Below, in pieces: positions 58,851 through 64,000 of a DNA stretch of 64,000 nucleotides; position 1 is the stretch's first letter, and each line of letters starts with the position of its first letter. The notes under the pieces are model-generated. The model made no database searches, was not told the DNA's origin, and was given only the letters and a program-made list of their open reading frames with translations. The position numbers were made by a program, and so were the translations under genes. Where the stretch lies: the NCBI GenBank assembly GCA_036339735.1, contig JAYZAL010000077.1, positions 32,001-96,000 of the forward strand, in the 5' to 3' direction. This stretch comes from Candidatus Poribacteria bacterium. Its GTDB lineage: Bacteria; Poribacteria; WGA-4E; UBA9662.

Positions 58851-60287
58851 TTAACTCTGGCCGACATTAATTTGTCGAAAACGGGCTGGTGCAGCACCAT
58901 GTGTCATTTGCGAAATTTGCATTGGGTCTCCCTTACCACAGTTAAGAATACCGTTTGGCACCCAAAATCTTTGGTCGCAAATCGCATCGCAAGCATTCCA
59001 GAAATCAGTAGTAATGGATTGGTAAGTGACATCCTTTAGCATACCAGTGATTTTACCATTTTTGATCTGCCAAAACGCATCTCCACCAAACTGAAAGTTA
59101 CAACGCATTTGGTCAATACTAAAACTGCCCATACCTTCGATGTAAATCCCATCTTTAGTGTCACTAATCAATTCATCTAGAGTGAGATGCTTTGGGCCAG
59201 GTTGTAGGCTCAGATTAGGAATCCGCACAATTGGTGTATTACTCCAGTGTGAAGCTCGACAAGTTCCATTACTTCTTTCCAGATTAATTTCACTAGCTAC
59301 CTCCCGGCTTGTGCCGTAACCAACAAACAATCCATCCTTAACAATATCCCATTTCTGTCCAGTTACACCGTCATCATCGAAACCATGCGTCGCTAAACCA
59401 TGCCTGAGTGTATTATCGGCCACAAAATTGACCAATGGTGATCCATATTCTAAGTTATTTAATAGTTCTGGAACTGCAAAACTCCGACCTGCTAGGCTCT
59501 CCTCGTAACCTAAAACACGATCCAACTCTGTTGCGTGTCCAACTGACTCATGAATAGTGAGAGCTAAATTGAGAGGATCTAGAATTAGATCTTTTTTACC
59601 TGTTGGGCAGGGGGCGGCCGTTAGATGCTCAACTGCTTGGTCGGCAACCCGCTCAGTATTTGACAATAAATCACCGGTATCGATGTTTTCATAGCCCATA
59701 CTGCGAGGCGGTGGAGCATAAATTCTAGTTTTGGCCATCCCATCACCAACGGCGGTTGCCTGATAGCGAGCAGAGGTGGTGACAACCAAACTTTCTAACT
59801 GTGTACCTTCGGTATTGGCAAAGAAACGTTTCGTTTTACGTAAGTCCATCAAAGCATTAGCTTTCTGGACTTGCCTATTCCGTTTTAAAGCATTTGTAAT
59901 CTCGAGCAAAAGTCCGATTTTCTGCTCAATATCAACGTCGAACGGATCGATACTGTAAGGTGTAGTGAATATGTCTTGATGTGATTGTTCAGGTACTAGT
60001 TCTATGGGTTGACGTAAAGTAGTAGCACTAGCCTGAGCAATGGATTTGGCTAAATGAGTAACCCGCTGAATTTCTTCAGCACTAAGGTCATTACTACTAG
60101 CGAATCCCCAAGCTCCATTAACTAAGACACGAACACCAAATCCGATGTCGTCTTTATCACTAATTTGGCTGACACGGTGATCTTCGGTGGCCAATATCTG
60201 CTGACGGTAGTTGGCAATTCGAACATCGGCATATTGAACACCGATTTTTTGCGCTGTATCAATAGCTAAATTTGTCAGCTCGTACAT
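58851..60287 (-). CDS. tldD: TldD metalloprotease
   Basis: HESVGH, DDDGV, CGKG. Confidence 0.92.
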   Translation of the reverse strand: MYELTNLAIDTAQKIGVQYADVRIANYRQQILATEDHRVSQISDKDDIGFGVRVLVNGAWGFASSNDLSAEEIQRVTHLAKSIAQASATTLRQPIELVPEQSHQDIFTTPYSIDPFDVDIEQKIGLLLEITNALKRNRQVQKANALMDLRKTKRFFANTEGTQLESLVVTTSARYQATAVGDGMAKTRIYAPPPRSMGYENIDTGDLLSNTERVADQAVEHLTAAPCPTGKKDLILDPLNLALTIHESVGHATELDRVLGYEESLAGRSFAVPELLNNLEYGSPLVNFVADNTLRHGLATHGFDDDGVTGQKWDIVKDGLFVGYGTSREVASEINLERSNGTCRASHWSNTPIVRIPNLSLQPGPKHLTLDELISDTKDGIYIEGMGSFSIDQMRCNFQFGGDAFWQIKNGKITGMLKDVTYQSITTDFWNACDAICDQRFWVPNGILNCGKGDPMQISQMTHGAAPARFRQINVGQS

Positions 60288-60671
60288 TTGGTTTGCTCCT
60301 GAACAGTGAAACGAGTACTTGGTTTCTTTGGGAAATTTTATAGACGTAGCCTAATCTAACAGAAATTGGGTTTGCAGGCAAGTATCAGTTACCAAGTCAC
60401 AATCGCCTCCAAAAGCAGTAAACTTTTGTTAGAAGAATTGATTTACTCTCGGTATTACAAAGAGAATGATCGCACAAAAGCTGATGTTCAATAATCTTCA
60501 GATCATTGCTCAATTCAAACGCAAGAGGATGTGGTAAAATTTTCGAGTAATTTCACCGAAAAAAGAAGATTACTTGGATAGAAGTTCCGCCAACGACCAC
60601 CTCGAGATCAACGAGATAGGGAAAAATCGTTCGAAATAGATCTGTAATTAAGAGGCGAAAATAGTCATCAA

Positions 60672-61481
60672 ATGCTGCTCATCGTATTTTTATTAGCTTC
60701 GATTTGGGGTAGTTTCCTCAATGTGTGCATCTATCGCATTCCACGAAATGACTTATCAGTTTTTTTCCCCTACCGTTCATTTTGTCCTAATTGCAAAAAG
60801 GTCATCAGTTTCTACGACAATATCCCTTTATTTAGCTATTTGTTGTTGGGTGGAAAATGTCGTTACTGTCGGCAGGCAATTTCCGCTCAGTACTTTTTAG
60901 TTGAACTCGGCACTGCCTTAAGTCTAGTTTTTCTGTTTACTTATTACCAACCTTTGTTGGAATTAAGCCAGATTACAACACTGTTAAGAGTTATTATTCT
61001 TTTAAGTCTACTTATTCCGGTTAGTCTGATCGATTTCGAGAAATACATTGTACCTAACGATTTGATTATAGTTGGATTGATTGTAGGTTTTTTTGTTAAT
61101 TTTGCTGATTCGATTATTAAAGGAAATTTTTTGGTTTTAGGTCAACATGTTTTATGTGGCCTATCAGCAGGTTTAGGGCTGCAGAGTATTGCGATCGCTG
61201 GCAAACTAACACTTGGCCGAACAGCCATGGGGTTTGGAGACGTTAAACTAGCAGTTGTTTTAGGATTGTTTTTGGGGCAATGGCAAAGTCTAATTTTAGT
61301 ATTAATGATTGCGTCTATCAGCGGAGCAATTATCGGAACTATAGCTCTAATTTGGCGACGAGGAAACGACCGTAATCGAATTCCCTTTGCTCCCTTCTTA
61401 TCTTTTTCTGCTATGATAGACCTAGTCTGGCATGAGCAGATCTGGTCGACCTATATTGGATTAATTAGTTGGACTGTATGA
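60672..61481 (+). CDS. pilD: Prepilin peptidase (A24)
   Basis: GSFLNVCIYRIP, two CxxC, MGFGDVKL, IPFAPFL. Confidence 0.95.
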   Translation: MLLIVFLLASIWGSFLNVCIYRIPRNDLSVFFPYRSFCPNCKKVISFYDNIPLFSYLLLGGKCRYCRQAISAQYFLVELGTALSLVFLFTYYQPLLELSQITTLLRVIILLSLLIPVSLIDFEKYIVPNDLIIVGLIVGFFVNFADSIIKGNFLVLGQHVLCGLSAGLGLQSIAIAGKLTLGRTAMGFGDVKLAVVLGLFLGQWQSLILVLMIASISGAIIGTIALIWRRGNDRNRIPFAPFLSFSAMIDLVWHEQIWSTYIGLISWTV

Positions 61482-61515
61482 TATAATTTTAAAGAGAAAT
61501 TGAGGAGTCTTATTC

Positions 61516-62526
61516 TTGAACAGCATGAATAAATCAAAGAACCGTAGAGAGTTCATACAAATTGTCAGCTTAACCGCCGCTGGCATGACTATTCCTGTCC
61601 ATTATTTAGGGGCGGAAAATGAAGCCAATACTGTTGTTGAGCCTGACACATTTATCACTGATAATGACGAATTTTATATTTTACAAATTGGAGAACCAAG
61701 AGAAATTGATGTTAACCACTGGCAGTTGAGTATTACAGGTCTGGTAGAAAAACCGACCTTCTATCGGTACGATCAGATTCGAAAGATGCAATCAGTGACA
61801 ACGAAGCGTACACTCAAATGTATTGGAGATCCAATTGGCGTGGAGCAGATGTCTAATGCGGAATGGACTGGTGTACCTTTACGAAATTTGGTTGAACCAG
61901 CCAAAATCAAAAGTCAAGCTAAACAGTTCGTGTTTCAGTGTGCAGACGGGTATCATGCCAGAGTTCCTGTTGAGCGAGCCTTGCGGGAAACGGTCTTACT
62001 AGCCTACCAAATGAATGGCGAAGACTTACCTATGGAACACGGATACCCAGTTCGGTTGCTTAACCCAGGTCATTATGGAGTTAAAAATCCGAAATGGATT
62101 CTCAATATCATGCTAGTGGAAAAGCATGTCGATTATTGGGAAAAGCAGGGATGGGACCCAATTGCCCGTGTAAAATTAGCGACGGTAATACGTTTGCCGG
62201 ATGGTGAATTGCCATTAGATGGTGGTCAAAAAATTACGATTAGTGGTGCTGCGTTCGATAGTGGCAACTATGGTGGCGTTCAATCTGTTGAGGTAAGCAC
62301 AGATGGCGGGAAGAATTGGCAGCCTGCTGATATCTGGGCTAAAGAATCACCATTAACCTGGTATTTGTGGCGATTTGACTATCAAGTCCCGAAAGGTATA
62401 GAACAGTTAGAAATTTGCGCCCGAGCCATCGCGAATGACGGTACGGTACAAGGTGTCAATGGGATTGACGATGACCAGAAAGGTGGCATGATCGGTTACC
62501 ATGTCATCAATACACCAGTGAGTTAG
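61516..62526 (+). CDS. Tat-exported sulfite-oxidase-family molybdoenzyme
   Basis: NRREFI twin-arginine motif, TLKCIG, NAEWTGV, HGYPVRL..PG.YG.K..KW, VEVSTDGG. Confidence 0.9.
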   Translation: MNSMNKSKNRREFIQIVSLTAAGMTIPVHYLGAENEANTVVEPDTFITDNDEFYILQIGEPREIDVNHWQLSITGLVEKPTFYRYDQIRKMQSVTTKRTLKCIGDPIGVEQMSNAEWTGVPLRNLVEPAKIKSQAKQFVFQCADGYHARVPVERALRETVLLAYQMNGEDLPMEHGYPVRLLNPGHYGVKNPKWILNIMLVEKHVDYWEKQGWDPIARVKLATVIRLPDGELPLDGGQKITISGAAFDSGNYGGVQSVEVSTDGGKNWQPADIWAKESPLTWYLWRFDYQVPKGIEQLEICARAIANDGTVQGVNGIDDDQKGGMIGYHVINTPVS

Positions 62527-63152
62527 TCCTCATCGGAACTAGATTGTTCCAAAATTTCTTGGATCTCTTCTACCGATGGTAAATCGGCTAAATTTCTCAG
62601 ACCAAACTGCTCTAAGAACCGATTGCTGGTGGAAAAAAGTAGAGCTCGTCCCGCTTCTGGTTTGCGACCAGAGATTCTAACCAGTCCCTTTTCTATGAGC
62701 GAATTGAGAACACTGTCGCTATTGACACCACGAATTTCTTCAATTTCGGTGCGAGTTACTGGCTGCTTATAGGCTACAATTGCTAAGGCTTCCAAAGCCG
62801 AAGGAGACAGCCGGACTCGAACTTGGCGGGTATGAAATTTTTCTATTTGACCAGCGTACTTAGCTCTTGTGTTTATTTGCCACCCATTAGCGATTTCCGT
62901 AAGTTGAAAACTCCGTCCGTGTTGATCGTAAAACTGCCGTAGTTTGTTCAGTTGTTGACGGATGATGTGTCCCGACACTTCTTGGTCGAATATACGTCTT
63001 AGCTGCGACACAGAAATTGGCTCATTAACCGAAAACAGTACCGCTTCTAAAGCCAACTGGATTTCTGTTTCAGGTAAGTCAGTATGAATTGTATTTTCGC
63101 CCGCAGACTCTGGTGCAATTACTTCATCTAAAAGACTCTCTTGATTATCCAT
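62523..63152 (-). CDS. scpB: SMC-Scp complex subunit ScpB
   Basis: LEAVLF, ALEALAIVAYKQPVTRTEIEEIRGV, FLEQFGL. Confidence 0.95.
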   Translation of the reverse strand: MDNQESLLDEVIAPESAGENTIHTDLPETEIQLALEAVLFSVNEPISVSQLRRIFDQEVSGHIIRQQLNKLRQFYDQHGRSFQLTEIANGWQINTRAKYAGQIEKFHTRQVRVRLSPSALEALAIVAYKQPVTRTEIEEIRGVNSDSVLNSLIEKGLVRISGRKPEAGRALLFSTSNRFLEQFGLRNLADLPSVEEIQEILEQSSSDED

Positions 63153-63165
63153 TCTAATTTTCGAA

Positions 63166-63918
63166 CTAAGCTACTTGTCGTTGCAGGTAAATTTCGGCCA
63201 AATGATCCGACTGAACAGTCGTTATTTCTTTCAGTCGGACCAGCTCCAAAATCGCTAAAAAGGTAGCGATTTTTTCTGTTTTAGAACTAAACTCCGAAAA
63301 CAGTTCTGTGAAACGAAGAGTGTCATTATCAATTAGCATACGTTGTACAAATTCCATCTGCATTTCAACTGTGATGGGGTCTTCCTGAATTTCTTCGTAG
63401 TAGTCGTCTTCGTAATCCTGGTTGTTTGAGCGTACTGTAACCGACTCGAAAGCTGACATTAGGTCGAATAGTGTAGCAGAGATTTCATATTCTCGTTGAC
63501 CACTGACAGCTTCTGGTCGACTGTAGGTTAAACACTTTTGGTCAGCGTACTGATCGAGTACTTGACCAGCTTCTTTAAACTGTTTGTACTCTAATAGGTG
63601 TTTGACAAGTTCTTGACGGTCTTTAAATTGTTGATTTTCACTAGTTTTAGGATGAATGGTTGGCAAAATTGACTGTGATTTAAGTTGAAGAAGAGTAGCA
63701 GCCATCACTACAAATTCGGATGCCAGGTCCAAGTCCAACATTTCCATTAAATTGATATATTCTAAATACTGATCAGTAATGGCCGAAATGGAAACTTCAG
63801 TGATATCCATTTCATTCTGCTGAATCAAGTGTAATAGTAGGTCTAATGGCCCTTCAAAAATATCAAGCTTGATTGCATAAGTAGAAGTGGTCGTTTCAGT
63901 CTGATTCAACTGTTGCAT
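63166..63918 (-). CDS. scpA: Segregation and condensation protein ScpA
   Basis: FEGPLDLLLHLI, EFVVMAATLL, TFLAILEL. Confidence 0.95.
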   Translation of the reverse strand: MQQLNQTETTTSTYAIKLDIFEGPLDLLLHLIQQNEMDITEVSISAITDQYLEYINLMEMLDLDLASEFVVMAATLLQLKSQSILPTIHPKTSENQQFKDRQELVKHLLEYKQFKEAGQVLDQYADQKCLTYSRPEAVSGQREYEISATLFDLMSAFESVTVRSNNQDYEDDYYEEIQEDPITVEMQMEFVQRMLIDNDTLRFTELFSEFSSKTEKIATFLAILELVRLKEITTVQSDHLAEIYLQRQVA

Positions 63919-63938
63919 AATATTCCCTATTACAAATC

Positions 63939-63998
63939 TTAGGCCAAGCCCATCGCAATTCTGGCGGATTCTAGTGTTGGAGTGATTTTCTCTTTGGC
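63939..63998 (-). CDS. trpS: 3' end of an upstream gene, probably tryptophanyl-tRNA synthetase
   Basis: AKEKITPTLESARIAMGLA* resembles TrpS C-termini, and trpS-scpA-scpB is a common gene order. Only 19 codons are visible. Confidence 0.5.
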   Translation of the reverse strand, partial: AKEKITPTLESARIAMGLA

Positions 63999-64000
63999 TC

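Noticed and set aside
728-59958. Numerous short ORFs in the track overlapping long genes (e.g. 1076..1456, 19177..19479, 26065..26367, 46164..46574)
   Set aside because: Antisense or alternate-frame shadows of well-supported genes, with no recognisable motifs.
60290-60670. Possible small gene or RNA between tldD and pilD
   Set aside because: Only short interrupted frames and no convincing structure.

Overview
Bacterial chromosomal window. The lineage is most consistent with Candidatus Poribacteria, probably a free-living form. This is inferred from a LamG protein with the C-terminal 'VEPxxKLxxxWxxIK' motif, cohesin/dockerin/FlgD-Ig secreted proteins, four PhyH-family dioxygenases and a sigma-54-driven flagellar rod gene. 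The backbone holds ruvX-mltG-lpxC/fabZ-lpxA-lpxI, purL, tldD/tldE, pilD, trpS(3')-scpA-scpB, an A-type Fe-S carrier, cutA, an ABC exporter pair and many catabolic oxidoreductases. An accessory island (~12.5-21.45 kb) has a decayed tyrosine integrase at the left and a decayed serine recombinase at the right. Its right half is an apparent gene-cassette array: four short cargo genes sit between five related 34-39 bp direct repeats. These repeats copy the 3' end of the serine recombinase gene or the 5' end of a catalytically degenerate paralog. The island also encodes a leucine-rich-repeat hybrid histidine kinase. Other hidden features include a CxxU SelW/Rdx selenoprotein missed by the ORF track, three PhyH enzymes lacking the HxD carboxylate, a Sec14/STAS-like tandem-sensor kinase and a clan CD pseudo-peptidase. 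No rRNA, tRNA or CRISPR array was found. All calls are by eye, without database searches.
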